From: Vicinamibacteria bacterium
GTDB lineage: Bacteria > Acidobacteriota > Vicinamibacteria > Marinacidobacterales > Marinacidobacteraceae
DNA length: 64,000 nucleotides
Reading direction: 5' to 3'
Assembly: GCA_963668695.2 (NCBI GenBank)
Contig: CAXXLQ010000004.1
Span: 3,488,001-3,552,000, forward strand
The number at the start of each line of letters is the position of its first letter. Positions within the stretch are counted from its first letter, which is position 1. The translations under genes and the position numbers were made by a program. The notes beneath the pieces are model-generated. The model was not told where the DNA came from and did no database searches. It worked only from the letters and a program-made list of their open reading frames with translations. Below are positions 42,242 through 52,629 of the stretch, one piece after another.

Positions 42242-43153
42242 ATGACCCAGTCCCGCTCCTCCGCCACCGGGCTCGTCTACCGCGAGTCCTTCCTCCGCCA
42301 CAACATCCGCCGCGGCCACCCCGAATCGCCGACCCGGCTGGTGAAGATCCGCGAGGCGCTCACCGCCGCCGGACTCCTTCCGGTGCTGGTTCCGGTCGAG
42401 AACTGGCCGGATCCCCTGCCCTCGATCATGGGCCACCACACCCCGGAACACGTGGACCGCATCCGGCGCATCCCGACCACCGGCGAGATCGCCGAACTCG
42501 CCGTCGCCGGAGCGCTCGCCGCAGTGCGGGAAGTTTCCGCGGGACGGCTCAAGAACGCCTTCTGCGCGATCCGGCCGCCGGGACACCACGCGAACAACAC
42601 CGGCGCGGAGGAGGGCTTTTGTTTCTTCTCGAACGCCGCGGTCGCCGCCCGCTACACACAGAATGAGTGCGGACACCGGAAGGTGCTGATCGTGGACTGG
42701 GACTATCACCACGGCAACGCCACCCAGAACGCCTTCTACGAGGATCCTTCCGTCCTCTTCTTCTCGACGCACAACTGGTACGACTACCCGGGCACCGGAG
42801 ACCCCGCCCTCGGCGGCGCGCACAACGGCAGCGGGACGAACCTGAACGTCCACCTCGGGCCGGGCTCCACCGATCGGGACATGCTGGCCGCCTGGGACCG
42901 GACACTTCTTCCCGCGGTCGAGCAGTTCCAGCCCGACTTCGTGATCATCTCCGCCGGATTCGACAGCCGGAAAGAAGATCTGCTCGGCTCCTTCGAGGTC
43001 ACGGACGACGCGTTTGCCCGGATGACGCGCACCCTCATGGACGTCGCCGACCACTATTGCGGCGGCCGGCTCGTCTCCCTGCTCGAGGGCGGCTACAACG
43101 TGGACGGACAGGCCCGCGCCGCCGCCGCCCACGTGGCCACCCTCACCGACTGA
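42242..43153 (+). CDS. Histone deacetylase family protein
   Basis: HPESPTR, RPPGHHA, GFC, DWDYHHGN, SAGFD, LEGGY. Confidence 0.95.
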   Translation: MTQSRSSATGLVYRESFLRHNIRRGHPESPTRLVKIREALTAAGLLPVLVPVENWPDPLPSIMGHHTPEHVDRIRRIPTTGEIAELAVAGALAAVREVSAGRLKNAFCAIRPPGHHANNTGAEEGFCFFSNAAVAARYTQNECGHRKVLIVDWDYHHGNATQNAFYEDPSVLFFSTHNWYDYPGTGDPALGGAHNGSGTNLNVHLGPGSTDRDMLAAWDRTLLPAVEQFQPDFVIISAGFDSRKEDLLGSFEVTDDAFARMTRTLMDVADHYCGGRLVSLLEGGYNVDGQARAAAAHVATLTD

Positions 43154-43163
43154 GAACTCCGCC

Positions 43164-46100
43164 ATGAAGCGCAGCGCGTTCCCCCTCGCCGTCCTCGCCG
43201 CCGGATTGGTGCTCGCCCCCGCGGCCAGCACCCAGGAAGAAGCGGCCATCACCGAAGACCTCCTTTCGGGTCTCAAGCTCCGGGGGATCGGCCCCGCCGC
43301 CCGCTCCGGCCGGGTCGCGGACGTGACGTTCGATCCGAACGACCGGGCGACCTGGTACGTCGCGGTGGCCTCCGGAAACGCCTTCAAGACCACGAACCGG
43401 GGCACCACCTGGGAGCCCATCTTCGAGAACTACCCGGTCTATTCCACCTCGACGATCGTGGTGGATCCGGCGAATTCCAACGTCTTGTGGCTCGGAACCG
43501 GCGAGAACAACGGGCAACGCTCGGCGGGCTACGGGAACGGTGTCTGGCGGAGCCGGGACGCCGGGGCTTCGTTCGAACATACCGGGCTCGACGAATCGGA
43601 ACACATCGGAAAGATCGTCCTCGACCCCCGCGACAGCCAGACGGTCTGGGTCGCGGCGCAGGGACCGCTCTGGCGATCCGGCGGGGATCGGGGCCTCTAC
43701 CAGACCACCGACGGGGGCGCCACCTGGGAGCGGGTCCTCCACATCTCGGAGGACACCGGGATCAGCGACGTGGTCCTCGACCCGCGGAACCCGGACATCG
43801 TGTACGCCTCGTCGTGGCAGCGGCGCCGCCACACCGGTCTGCTGGTGGCCGGCGGTCCCGAAGGAGGGATCCACAAATCGGAAGACGGCGGCGCGACCTG
43901 GCGGAAGCTCTCCCGCGGCCTCCCCTCGGGGGACCGCCACGACATCGGCCGCATCGGGCTCGCCCTCGCGCCCCAGAACCCGGACATCGTCTATGCGCTG
44001 ATCGCGGCCTCGGACGACGCGAGCGGTTTCTATCGCTCCACCGACCGCGGCGAGAGCTGGGAAAAACGCAGCGACTACATCTGTGTGGACCCGCAGTACT
44101 ACATGGAGATCTTCCCGGATCCCCACCGGCCGGGCCGGATCTACTCGATGGACGTGTGGGTGCAGATCACGGACGACGACGGGAAGACCTGGCGCGACCT
44201 CAATAGCCGCTGGAAGCACGTGGACAACCACGACCTGGAGTTCGATCCCGACGACCCGGACTACCTGATGGTGAGCTCCGACGGCGGCATCTACGAGAGC
44301 TGGGATCTCGGCGAGCGCTGGAAGTTCCACGCCAACCAGTCCCTCATGCAGTTCTACCGGGTCGGGATCGATAACGACTTCCCGTTCTACAACGTCTATG
44401 GCGGCACCCAGGACAACGCCACCATGGGCGGTCCCTCCCGCACCATCAACGTGCACGGCATCCGGAACAGCGACTGGCTGAACGTCATCGGCGGCGACGG
44501 TTTCCAGGCGCGGGTGGATCCCGAGGACCCGAACATCATCTACGCGCAGTTCCAGTACGCGGGGATCGCGCGTTTCGACAGGCGCACCGGCGAGCGGGTG
44601 GACATCCAGCCGCAACCGGAACCCGACGACCCGCCGCTCAAGTGGAACTGGGACGCGCCGCTCATCATCTCTCCCCATAACGGCCAGCGCCTCTACTTCG
44701 GCGCGAACCGCCTCTACCGGAGCGACGACCGCGCGAACACCTGGACCCCGATCAGCGAGGACCTGACCCGCGGCATCAACCGCGCCGAACGACCAGTGAT
44801 GGGGCGGACCTGGAGCACGGACGCGGTGTGGCGCAACGTCTTCACCTCGACCTACGGGAACATGGTGGCGCTCGACGAATCACCCCTCGTCGAAGGGCTG
44901 CTCTACACCGGGATGGACGACGGCCGCATCCAGATCAGCGATGACGGGGGGATCGAGTGGCGGGCGGTGGATGCCGTTCCGGGCGTTCCGCCCCTCACCT
45001 ACGTGGCGGATCTCCATGCCTCCCGGCACCGGGAGAACACGGTGTACGCGGTCTTCAACAACCACAAGCAGGGCGATTTCGCGCCCTACGTGATGCGCAG
45101 CGACGACCGCGGCGTCACCTGGGATGACATCACCGGCGACCTTCCCGACGACCAGCTCGCCTGGACGGTGGTCGAGGATCCGGGGCAGGAAGGACTGCTC
45201 TTCCTGGGCACCGAGTTCGGACTCTTCTCAACCATCGACGGCGGCACGCACTGGGTTCGGTTGAAGGGAGGGCTCCCGACCATCGCGATCCGGGATCTGG
45301 AGATCCAGGCGCGCGAGAACGACCTGGTCGCGGCCTCGTTCGGGCGGGGCTTCTTCATCCTCGACGACTACACGCCCTTGCGCCATCTCTCGCCCGAGGC
45401 GCTCGCCGGCGACGGCACGGTGTTCCCGGTGAAGGACCCATGGATGTACGTGGAGGCGAACCCGCTCGGCGGCGGCGAAAAAGCGCAGCGGGGCGACGCC
45501 TTCTTCACCGCACCCAACCCGCCCTTCGGGGCGGTGGTCACCTACCACCTGAAGGAAGACGTCCTGAGCCTGCGCGACCGGCGGCGGAAGCGGGAGCGAG
45601 CCCAGGCAGCCGCCGGCGAACCGCTTCCCTACCCCACCTGGGACGAACTGCGGGCCGAGGACCGCGCCGAGGATCCGGCGGTGTTCGTAGTCATTCGAGA
45701 CTCGGAAGGGAACGTCGTGCGCCGTATTTCCGCGCCGACGAAGGCGGGGATCCACCGGGTGGCGTGGGACCTCCGGTATCCGGACCCCGAGCGGGGACCA
45801 GTGGGACCGTGGTCGCGGCGCGCCGGGCCGCTGGCGATGCCGCAAACCTACACGGCGGAACTCGTAGCGCGCGACGGTGATGGCGCGATGCGTCTCGGCG
45901 AGCCGCAGTCCTTCACCCCGAAGGTCCTGGCGGCGGCCGGCGTGCCGCCCGCCGACGTGGAGGCCCGCCACGCGTTCCAGCGGGAGGTCGCCACGCTCCA
46001 GCGCCAGGTCTTCGGCGCCGTTTCCGCGCTCGGAGCCTCCGTCGAACGGGTGGAAGCCCTCGCGGAAGCGATCGACGAATCGGGAGCGGAAGGCGATCTC

Positions 46101-46415
46101 CGTGCCCAGGCGTCGGCGATCCGGGCCGGGCTCCTCGAGCTGCGCGTCCGCTTCCTCGGCGACGACACCGTCCGCTCCAGGAGCGAAGCCGTGCTGCCGG
46201 GCATCCGCCAGCGCATCCAGCGGGTGGTCGGGGCCTTCTGGTCCACCGCCGATCCCACCACGACCCACCGCCGGCAGGCGGAGATCGTCCAAGAGCAGTT
46301 CGGCCCGGCAAACGCGGAGCTCGTCAACCTCGTCGAGACGCAGCTCGCGGGTCTCGAGGCCCAGGCGGACGCCGCGGGGGTGCCCTGGACCCCGGGCCGG
46401 CGGATCCCGCGGTAG
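43164..46415 (+). CDS. VPS10/sortilin-like BNR-repeat glycosyl hydrolase, copy 1
   Basis: Signal peptide; many S/TxDxGxTW Asp-boxes; GGTQDN; ASFGRGF. Confidence 0.9.
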   Translation: MKRSAFPLAVLAAGLVLAPAASTQEEAAITEDLLSGLKLRGIGPAARSGRVADVTFDPNDRATWYVAVASGNAFKTTNRGTTWEPIFENYPVYSTSTIVVDPANSNVLWLGTGENNGQRSAGYGNGVWRSRDAGASFEHTGLDESEHIGKIVLDPRDSQTVWVAAQGPLWRSGGDRGLYQTTDGGATWERVLHISEDTGISDVVLDPRNPDIVYASSWQRRRHTGLLVAGGPEGGIHKSEDGGATWRKLSRGLPSGDRHDIGRIGLALAPQNPDIVYALIAASDDASGFYRSTDRGESWEKRSDYICVDPQYYMEIFPDPHRPGRIYSMDVWVQITDDDGKTWRDLNSRWKHVDNHDLEFDPDDPDYLMVSSDGGIYESWDLGERWKFHANQSLMQFYRVGIDNDFPFYNVYGGTQDNATMGGPSRTINVHGIRNSDWLNVIGGDGFQARVDPEDPNIIYAQFQYAGIARFDRRTGERVDIQPQPEPDDPPLKWNWDAPLIISPHNGQRLYFGANRLYRSDDRANTWTPISEDLTRGINRAERPVMGRTWSTDAVWRNVFTSTYGNMVALDESPLVEGLLYTGMDDGRIQISDDGGIEWRAVDAVPGVPPLTYVADLHASRHRENTVYAVFNNHKQGDFAPYVMRSDDRGVTWDDITGDLPDDQLAWTVVEDPGQEGLLFLGTEFGLFSTIDGGTHWVRLKGGLPTIAIRDLEIQARENDLVAASFGRGFFILDDYTPLRHLSPEALAGDGTVFPVKDPWMYVEANPLGGGEKAQRGDAFFTAPNPPFGAVVTYHLKEDVLSLRDRRRKRERAQAAAGEPLPYPTWDELRAEDRAEDPAVFVVIRDSEGNVVRRISAPTKAGIHRVAWDLRYPDPERGPVGPWSRRAGPLAMPQTYTAELVARDGDGAMRLGEPQSFTPKVLAAAGVPPADVEARHAFQREVATLQRQVFGAVSALGASVERVEALAEAIDESGAEGDLRAQASAIRAGLLELRVRFLGDDTVRSRSEAVLPGIRQRIQRVVGAFWSTADPTTTHRRQAEIVQEQFGPANAELVNLVETQLAGLEAQADAAGVPWTPGRRIPR

Positions 46416-46426
46416 GCCCGAGCAGC

Positions 46427-47665
46427 GTGGCAGCCACGGGTGAGTCCCGCTACGGCCGGACGATCTATCTCCCTCCGGAGAAAGGCGCCCGCGCCGTTCC
46501 GCTGCGGCGTCGGCGACTGACCGCAGGGTCCCCGGCGAGCGGATATGACGAGGACTGGCTCCAGCGACTGCTGTTCGAGTCGCCGGAAATCCTACCGATC
46601 GGAGAGATTGACGAGGCGTTCGGACCCGTCATCCCGCTCTGCCGCGAACTGCCCACGGCCGCCGGCCCCATGGATCTCGCCTACGTGAACGAAACGGGCC
46701 GGCTCACTCTGGTCGAATGCAAGCTCTGGAGGAACCCCGAGGCGCGGCGCGAAGTGGTGGCCCAGATTCTGGACTACGCGAAGGAGATCCATCGTTGGTC
46801 CTATGAGGAACTCGACAAGGCGGTGCGCCGCGCGCGGCGTGCGGAAGGGGACAGTCGCGGACTGTTCGATCTGGTGCGGGACCAAAACGAAGATATCGAC
46901 GAAGCCGCCTTCGTGGACGACGTGACCCGCAACCTGGCGGATGGGCGCTTCCTGCTGCTCGTGGTTGGCGACGGCATCCGGGAGGGAGTGGAGCGGATCG
47001 CCGAACACCTGCGACGGTTCGCGGGCATCCAGTTCACCTTCGGTCTTGTCGAGCTGGCCATGTTCGAACTGCCGGCGGAAGGCGCGCCGGGCGGCCTCAT
47101 CGTGGAGCCGCGGGTTCTCGCCCGGACGGTCGAGATCGAACGCGCCATCGTGCGACGAGCGGACGTCGGCGTGACAGTGGAGGAAGCTCCGGCACTGTTG
47201 ACGGGCAGGCGCGCGAAGCGGCGCCTCACCGAGGACGAGTTCTACCAAGAAGTCGGGAAACTCGACGCAGCGCTTCCCGGCCGACTGCGGGACTTCTTCA
47301 AGCGCGTGGAGGATATTGGACTCGTCGTCCTCCCCGAGACTGCATCCATCGTCCTTCGCTGGGACAGACAGGACGGCAACACAGTCTTCTTCGGTGTCCT
47401 GTATGCCGACGGAAGATTGGACGCCGGCTCTATCGCGCAGCGGGCGGAGCAATTCGGTGACGAGCAGGTCGGAGTGGCCTATCTTCAGTCACTGGCGGGC
47501 CTCATTCCGCACTCCCAGGTGAAACCCACCGGCGGCACCCAAAAGTGGCGGCTGGCGGTGGGCGACCGCCTACCCAAGTTCGCGGCGCCGCTCGAACGCG
47601 CCGACGAGTGGCTGGACGCCATCCAGCGGACGATGGACGCCTTCAATCGTCTCGCCAGCGGCTAG
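46427..47665 (+). CDS. NucS-like PD-(D/E)xK endonuclease-domain protein
   Basis: EDWLQ...RE...GPMDLAYV...LVECKLWRNPEARREVVAQILDYA. Confidence 0.7.
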   Translation: MAATGESRYGRTIYLPPEKGARAVPLRRRRLTAGSPASGYDEDWLQRLLFESPEILPIGEIDEAFGPVIPLCRELPTAAGPMDLAYVNETGRLTLVECKLWRNPEARREVVAQILDYAKEIHRWSYEELDKAVRRARRAEGDSRGLFDLVRDQNEDIDEAAFVDDVTRNLADGRFLLLVVGDGIREGVERIAEHLRRFAGIQFTFGLVELAMFELPAEGAPGGLIVEPRVLARTVEIERAIVRRADVGVTVEEAPALLTGRRAKRRLTEDEFYQEVGKLDAALPGRLRDFFKRVEDIGLVVLPETASIVLRWDRQDGNTVFFGVLYADGRLDAGSIAQRAEQFGDEQVGVAYLQSLAGLIPHSQVKPTGGTQKWRLAVGDRLPKFAAPLERADEWLDAIQRTMDAFNRLASG

Positions 47666-47701
47666 TTGCCCATCTCCCATGCCGACACGCTGAGGACCAT
47701 C

Positions 47702-50700
47702 ATGAACCGACCCCCCTGGACAACCCTCGTTCTCGCGGCCGCCGTCCTGTTTCCGGCATTTGCTCTTCCCCAGGAAGGCGAGGCCCCGGCCATCACCGAG
47801 GACCTCCTGTCCGGCCTGGAGCTCCGCGCCATCGGGCCCGCGTCGCGTTCCGGGCGGATCGCCGACGTGGCCATCGATCCGAACGACACGTCCACCTGGT
47901 ACGTCGCGGTCGCCTCCGGGAACGCCTTCAAGACCACGAATCGCGGCACCACCTGGGAACCCATCTTCGAGAACTACCCGGTGTATTCCACCTCGACGGT
48001 GGTGGTGGATCCGTCCAACTCGAACGTCGTGTGGCTCGGCACGGGCGAGAACAACGGCCAGCGGTCGGTCCCCTACGGGAACGGCGTCTGGCGGAGCCGC
48101 GACGCCGGGGCTTCGTTCGAGCACATGGGGCTCGACGAGTCGGAGCACATCGGGAAGATCGTGCTCGACCCGCGCGACAGCCAGACCGTCTGGGTCGCGG
48201 CGCAGGGACCGCTGTGGCGGGCCGGCGGCGACCGGGGCCTCTACAAGACGACGGATGGCGGCGCCACCTGGGAGCACGTCCTCCGCATTTCGGACGACAC
48301 CGGGGTCAGCGACGTGGTACTCGACCCGCGGAACCCGGACATCGTGTACGCCAGCGCCTGGCAGCGGCGGCGGCACACCGGGCTCCAGATCGCGGGCGGC
48401 CCCGAAGGGGGTATCCACAAGTCCGAAGACGGCGGCACCACCTGGCGGCGGCTCAGCCGCGGGCTCCCCTCCCCGGACCGGCAGGACATCGGCCGCATCG
48501 GGCTCGCGATCTCGCCGCACGATCCCGACGTCGTCTACGCCCAGATCGCGGCCTCCGACGACGGCTACGGGTTCTACGCCTCCACCGACCGCGGCGAGAG
48601 CTGGGAGAAACGGAGCGACTACTTCGTCACCGATCCGCAGTACTACATGGAGATCTTTGCCGATCCGCACCGGCCGGGCCGGCTCTACTCCATGGACACC
48701 TACACCCGCGTCTCCGATGACGACGGCAGGACCTGGCGGCGGCTGAACACCCAGTGGAAGCACGTGGACCACCACGACCTGGAATTCGACCCCGATGACC
48801 CGAACTACCTGATGATGAGCACCGACGGCGGTCTCTACGAGAGCTGGGACCTCGGCGAGCACTGGAAATACCACGCCAACCAGGCGCTCACCCAGTTCTA
48901 CCGGGTCGGGATCGACAACGACTTCCCGTTCTACCGGGTCTATGGCGGCACCCAGGACAACGCCACCATGGCCGGCCCCTCGCGCACCATCAACGTGCAC
49001 GGCATCCTCAACAGCGACTGGGTGGACGTGCGGGGCGGCGACGGATTCCAGGCGCGGGTGGATCCCGAAGACCCAAACATCGTCTACGCCCAGTCCCAGT
49101 ACGCCGGGATCGTCCGCTTCGATCACCGCACCGGGGAACGGGTGGACATCCAGCCGCAGCCGGAACCCGACGACCCGCCGCTGAAGTGGAACTGGGACTC
49201 CCCGCTGATCATTTCCCCGCACAACTCCAAGCGGCTCTACTTCGGCGCCAACCGCCTCTACCGGAGCGACGACGGGGCGAACACCTGGACTCCGCTTGGC
49301 GAGGACCTCACCCGCGGCATCAACCGGGCCGAGCGGCTCGTGATGGGCAGGACCTGGAGCGTGGACGCGGTCTGGCGGAATCGCGCCACCTCGACCTACG
49401 GGAACATGGTGGCGCTCGACGAGTCGCCGCTCGTCGAAGGGTTGCTCTACACCGGGATGGACGACGGGCGCATCCAGATTTCCGGTGACGGGGGGCTCGA
49501 ATGGCGGGCGGTGGACACCGTCCCCGGCGTGCCGCCACTCACCTACGTGGCGGACCTCCACGCCTCGCGCCACCGGGAGAACACGGTCTACGCGGTCTTC
49601 AACAACCACAAGCAGGGCGACTTCGCCCCTTACGTAGTGCGGAGCGACGATCGCGGCGTCACCTGGGAAGACATCACCGGCGACCTGCCGGACGACCAGC
49701 TCGCCTGGACGGTCGTCGAGGATCCGGTGCAGCAAGGCCTGCTGTTCCTCGGCACCGAGTTCGGGCTCTTCGTGACGCTCGACGACGGTGGGCACTGGGT
49801 GCGGCTGAAGGGCGGCCTGCCGACCATCGCGATCCGGGACCTCGAGATCCAGACGCGGGAAAACGACCTGGTCGCGGCGTCCTTCGGCCGCAGCTTCTTC
49901 ATCCTCGACGACTACACGCCGCTGCGGCACCTCTCGGCGGAGACCCTGGCGGCCGGCGGCACCGTGTTCCCGGTCAAGGACCCCTGGATGTACATCGAGG
50001 CGAACCCGCTGGGCGGCGGCGAGAAGTCACAGCGCGGCGACGCCTTCTACACGGCGCCCAACCCGCCGTTCGGGGCGGTGGTGACGTACCACCTGAAGGA
50101 GGACGTGCTTTCGCTGAGAGAGCAGCGGCGGAAGCGGGAGCGGGCCCAGGCGGAAGCGGGGGAACCGCTGCCGTATCCCACCTGGGAGGAGCTCCGGGCC
50201 GAGGACCGGGCGGAAGATCCGGCGCTCTTCCTGGTCATCCGGGATTCGGAGGGGGCAGTCGTCCGCCGCATCGCGCCGCCGAAGACCTCCGGGATCCACC
50301 GCGCGGCCTGGGATCTGAGGTATCCCGACGCGGCGGGCGGCGAGCGTGGCGGACCGCTCGCGATGCCGGGCGCCTATACCGCCGAACTTATCCGGCGCGA
50401 CGGTGACGGCGTGACCCGCCTCGGCGAGCCGCAGTCCTTCACCCCAAAGGTGCTGGCGCGGGCCGGCGTGCCGGACGTGGATGTCGAAGCGCGACACGCG
50501 TTCCAGATGGAGGTCGCGGCGCTCCAGCGACAGGTGTTCGGGGCGGTAGCCGCGCTTGAGGCGTCCATCGAACGGGTGGAGTCGCTCGCGAAGGCGATCG
50601 ACGAATCGGGGGCGGAAGGCGATCTCCGCGCTCAGGCGTCCACGATCCGCGCGGGGCTCGTCGAGCTGCGCGTCCGCTTCCTCGGCGACGACACCGTCCG

Positions 50701-50941
50701 CTCCCGCAGTGAAGCCGTGCTGCCGGGCATCCGCCAGCGCATCCAGCGGGTGGTCGGCGCCTTCTGGTCCACGTCGGATCCGACGACGACGCATCGCCGG
50801 CAGGCGGAGATCGTGAGGGAGCAATTCGGCCCGGCGAACACGGAACTCGTCAACCTGGTGGAGGTTCAGCTCGCCGGCCTCGAGGCCCAGGCCGACGCCG
50901 CCGGCGTACCCTGGACCCCGGGGAGGCGGATTCCGCGCTGA
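47702..50941 (+). CDS. VPS10/sortilin-like BNR-repeat glycosyl hydrolase, copy 2
   Basis: Near-colinear paralogue of 43164-46415 with a different signal peptide. Confidence 0.9.
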   Translation: MNRPPWTTLVLAAAVLFPAFALPQEGEAPAITEDLLSGLELRAIGPASRSGRIADVAIDPNDTSTWYVAVASGNAFKTTNRGTTWEPIFENYPVYSTSTVVVDPSNSNVVWLGTGENNGQRSVPYGNGVWRSRDAGASFEHMGLDESEHIGKIVLDPRDSQTVWVAAQGPLWRAGGDRGLYKTTDGGATWEHVLRISDDTGVSDVVLDPRNPDIVYASAWQRRRHTGLQIAGGPEGGIHKSEDGGTTWRRLSRGLPSPDRQDIGRIGLAISPHDPDVVYAQIAASDDGYGFYASTDRGESWEKRSDYFVTDPQYYMEIFADPHRPGRLYSMDTYTRVSDDDGRTWRRLNTQWKHVDHHDLEFDPDDPNYLMMSTDGGLYESWDLGEHWKYHANQALTQFYRVGIDNDFPFYRVYGGTQDNATMAGPSRTINVHGILNSDWVDVRGGDGFQARVDPEDPNIVYAQSQYAGIVRFDHRTGERVDIQPQPEPDDPPLKWNWDSPLIISPHNSKRLYFGANRLYRSDDGANTWTPLGEDLTRGINRAERLVMGRTWSVDAVWRNRATSTYGNMVALDESPLVEGLLYTGMDDGRIQISGDGGLEWRAVDTVPGVPPLTYVADLHASRHRENTVYAVFNNHKQGDFAPYVVRSDDRGVTWEDITGDLPDDQLAWTVVEDPVQQGLLFLGTEFGLFVTLDDGGHWVRLKGGLPTIAIRDLEIQTRENDLVAASFGRSFFILDDYTPLRHLSAETLAAGGTVFPVKDPWMYIEANPLGGGEKSQRGDAFYTAPNPPFGAVVTYHLKEDVLSLREQRRKRERAQAEAGEPLPYPTWEELRAEDRAEDPALFLVIRDSEGAVVRRIAPPKTSGIHRAAWDLRYPDAAGGERGGPLAMPGAYTAELIRRDGDGVTRLGEPQSFTPKVLARAGVPDVDVEARHAFQMEVAALQRQVFGAVAALEASIERVESLAKAIDESGAEGDLRAQASTIRAGLVELRVRFLGDDTVRSRSEAVLPGIRQRIQRVVGAFWSTSDPTTTHRRQAEIVREQFGPANTELVNLVEVQLAGLEAQADAAGVPWTPGRRIPR

Positions 50942-50992
50942 CCCTCGGTCCACCGACGCCGCGGAACCGCCTCGAACCACAATGGGAGTCGG

Positions 50993-51814
50993 ATGGTGAG
51001 TGAAACCGGACGCGTCGCAATGGACGAGATCGATCGACAGGCACTGCACGAAGCGAAGGCGATCCTCGAGAATCCCGGGCTGGCTGCGCGCCTCGTCAAC
51101 CTCTTGGGAACACCCATCGAAAGGGGACTCAAGCTCCTGCCGGATCGAGTCCAAAACGAAATCTCGGAACTCACCAGCAGGGCGCTGCTCGGTTCCCTGA
51201 GGGTGGCGCTCTCCACTGTCAGGAACCGTCCCGGCTGGCAGTCCTCCAACCTCGCGAACAAGATCGGCGCCATGGCAGCGGGCGGGGCGGGCGGTTTCTT
51301 CGGCATCGCTGGGCTCGCCGTTGAGTTGCCCGTTTCGACGACCATCATGATGCGGGCGATCGCGACCATCGCCCGCGAACACGGAGAAGACACTTCGACA
51401 CCCGAAGCACGCATTGCGTGTCTCGAGGTCTTTGCTCTCGGGGGCCCCAGCAAGTCGGATGACGCTACGGAGACCGGCTACTACCTGGTCCGCGGCGCGA
51501 TGGCGCAAGCCGTTGCGGAGGCGGTCAGTTATCTCGGCAAAGGGGGCGCGGCCATTGCTGGCAAGGAGGCCCCCGCACTTGTGAAATTGATCGTGCGGGT
51601 AGCGGAGAGATTCTCGATTCAGGTCACGGAGAAAGCTGCGGCGCAGGCCCTGCCCATTGTCGGCGCGGCCAGCGCCGCGTTGATCAACCTGCTCTTCATC
51701 GACCATTTCCAGGACATGGCGGGCGGCCATTTCACGGTCAGAAGACTGGAGAGGAAATACGACCCGGCAACGGTGAAGGCGATCTACGACTCGCTGCCGT
51801 CACGATTGAACTGA
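50993..51814 (+). CDS. EcsC family protein
   Basis: ELPVSTTIMMRAIA; ACLEVFALGG; FIDHFQ..A.GHFTVRRLERKY. Confidence 0.88.
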   Translation: MVSETGRVAMDEIDRQALHEAKAILENPGLAARLVNLLGTPIERGLKLLPDRVQNEISELTSRALLGSLRVALSTVRNRPGWQSSNLANKIGAMAAGGAGGFFGIAGLAVELPVSTTIMMRAIATIAREHGEDTSTPEARIACLEVFALGGPSKSDDATETGYYLVRGAMAQAVAEAVSYLGKGGAAIAGKEAPALVKLIVRVAERFSIQVTEKAAAQALPIVGAASAALINLLFIDHFQDMAGGHFTVRRLERKYDPATVKAIYDSLPSRLN

Positions 51815-51929
51815 ACCGTTTGGCCTGCTGGCGGGGCCGATTGGTGGCTTCGCCGCAGAATGCGCGCCCTGCTAGCAGGTGGGCGGCGAGCCATGCCGGA
51901 GGCCGGTGGTCCGATCACCAAACAGCTCG

Positions 51930-52307
51930 TTAAGGTCCAGCTTGGGATTCAGCCTCAGAATCCTCCGGCATGTACAGGCTGAGTTCTGGGACACGATCGA
52001 AGTCCTTCCGATTGCGCGTTGCAAGCATCAGCGAGCGGGTCATCGCGGTGGCGGCGATCAGCGCGTCCGGGAGGCGGATTCCGGTGTCCCGGCGAATTCG
52101 TCCGGCCCGCTCGGCAATGGCGCGATCCACGGGAATCTCGCGGAGCGGAGCCAGCAGCACCGCGGCTGCCTCAACTCCCCGGGTTCCCGAGAAAAGCTCG
52201 GCGCGGGTGATCACGGAGTAGTGCAACCGGTGGCCGTCGCTGCGGAGAGCCCGGGCTCCGCGCAGGTGATCGATGAACACATCGGTGTCCACCAGAATGT
52301 CAGCCGT
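51930..52307 (-). CDS. vapC: VapC PIN toxin with ACG at the expected start
   Basis: ILVDTDVFIDHLRG; ITRAEL; LPDALIAATA; TRNRKDF. Confidence 0.85.
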   Translation of the reverse strand, partial: TADILVDTDVFIDHLRGARALRSDGHRLHYSVITRAELFSGTRGVEAAAVLLAPLREIPVDRAIAERAGRIRRDTGIRLPDALIAATAMTRSLMLATRNRKDFDRVPELSLYMPEDSEAESQAGP

Positions 52308-52518
52308 CCCACTCGTCCCGGCTGGGCGCCGACGCATCCTGCACCGCTCCGAAGGTCACAGAGAGCGCTGCTTCCACATCCGACGTCTGCCTCCTGAAAT
52401 AGTCGTCGAGCGCGCGCCGGACGACCTCCGCGAGCGTGACTCCTTCGGCGCGTCGCACTGTGTCAATTCGGCGGCGCTGTTCCTCGGTCAGGTACACCTG
52501 AGTTCTGGTACTGGGCAT
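52300..52518 (-). CDS. CopG/RHH antitoxin
   Basis: RTQVYLTEEQ...GVTLAEVVRRALD; atacagca direct repeats at the start. Confidence 0.88.
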   Translation of the reverse strand: MPSTRTQVYLTEEQRRRIDTVRRAEGVTLAEVVRRALDDYFRRQTSDVEAALSVTFGAVQDASAPSRDEWDG

Positions 52519-52629
52519 ACAGCACAATATACAGCATGACCGCACGCCGCACCATCCGACCGAGCGGCGCACCGCACCCCTCGCTGGCCTTCGGCCAGCG
52601 GTGCCGGTCTGAAGACCGGCGTTCCCTGC

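Noticed and set aside
47545-51730. Long alternative-frame and antisense ORFs over the VPS10 genes
   Set aside because: Shadow ORFs caused by GC3-biased codon usage.
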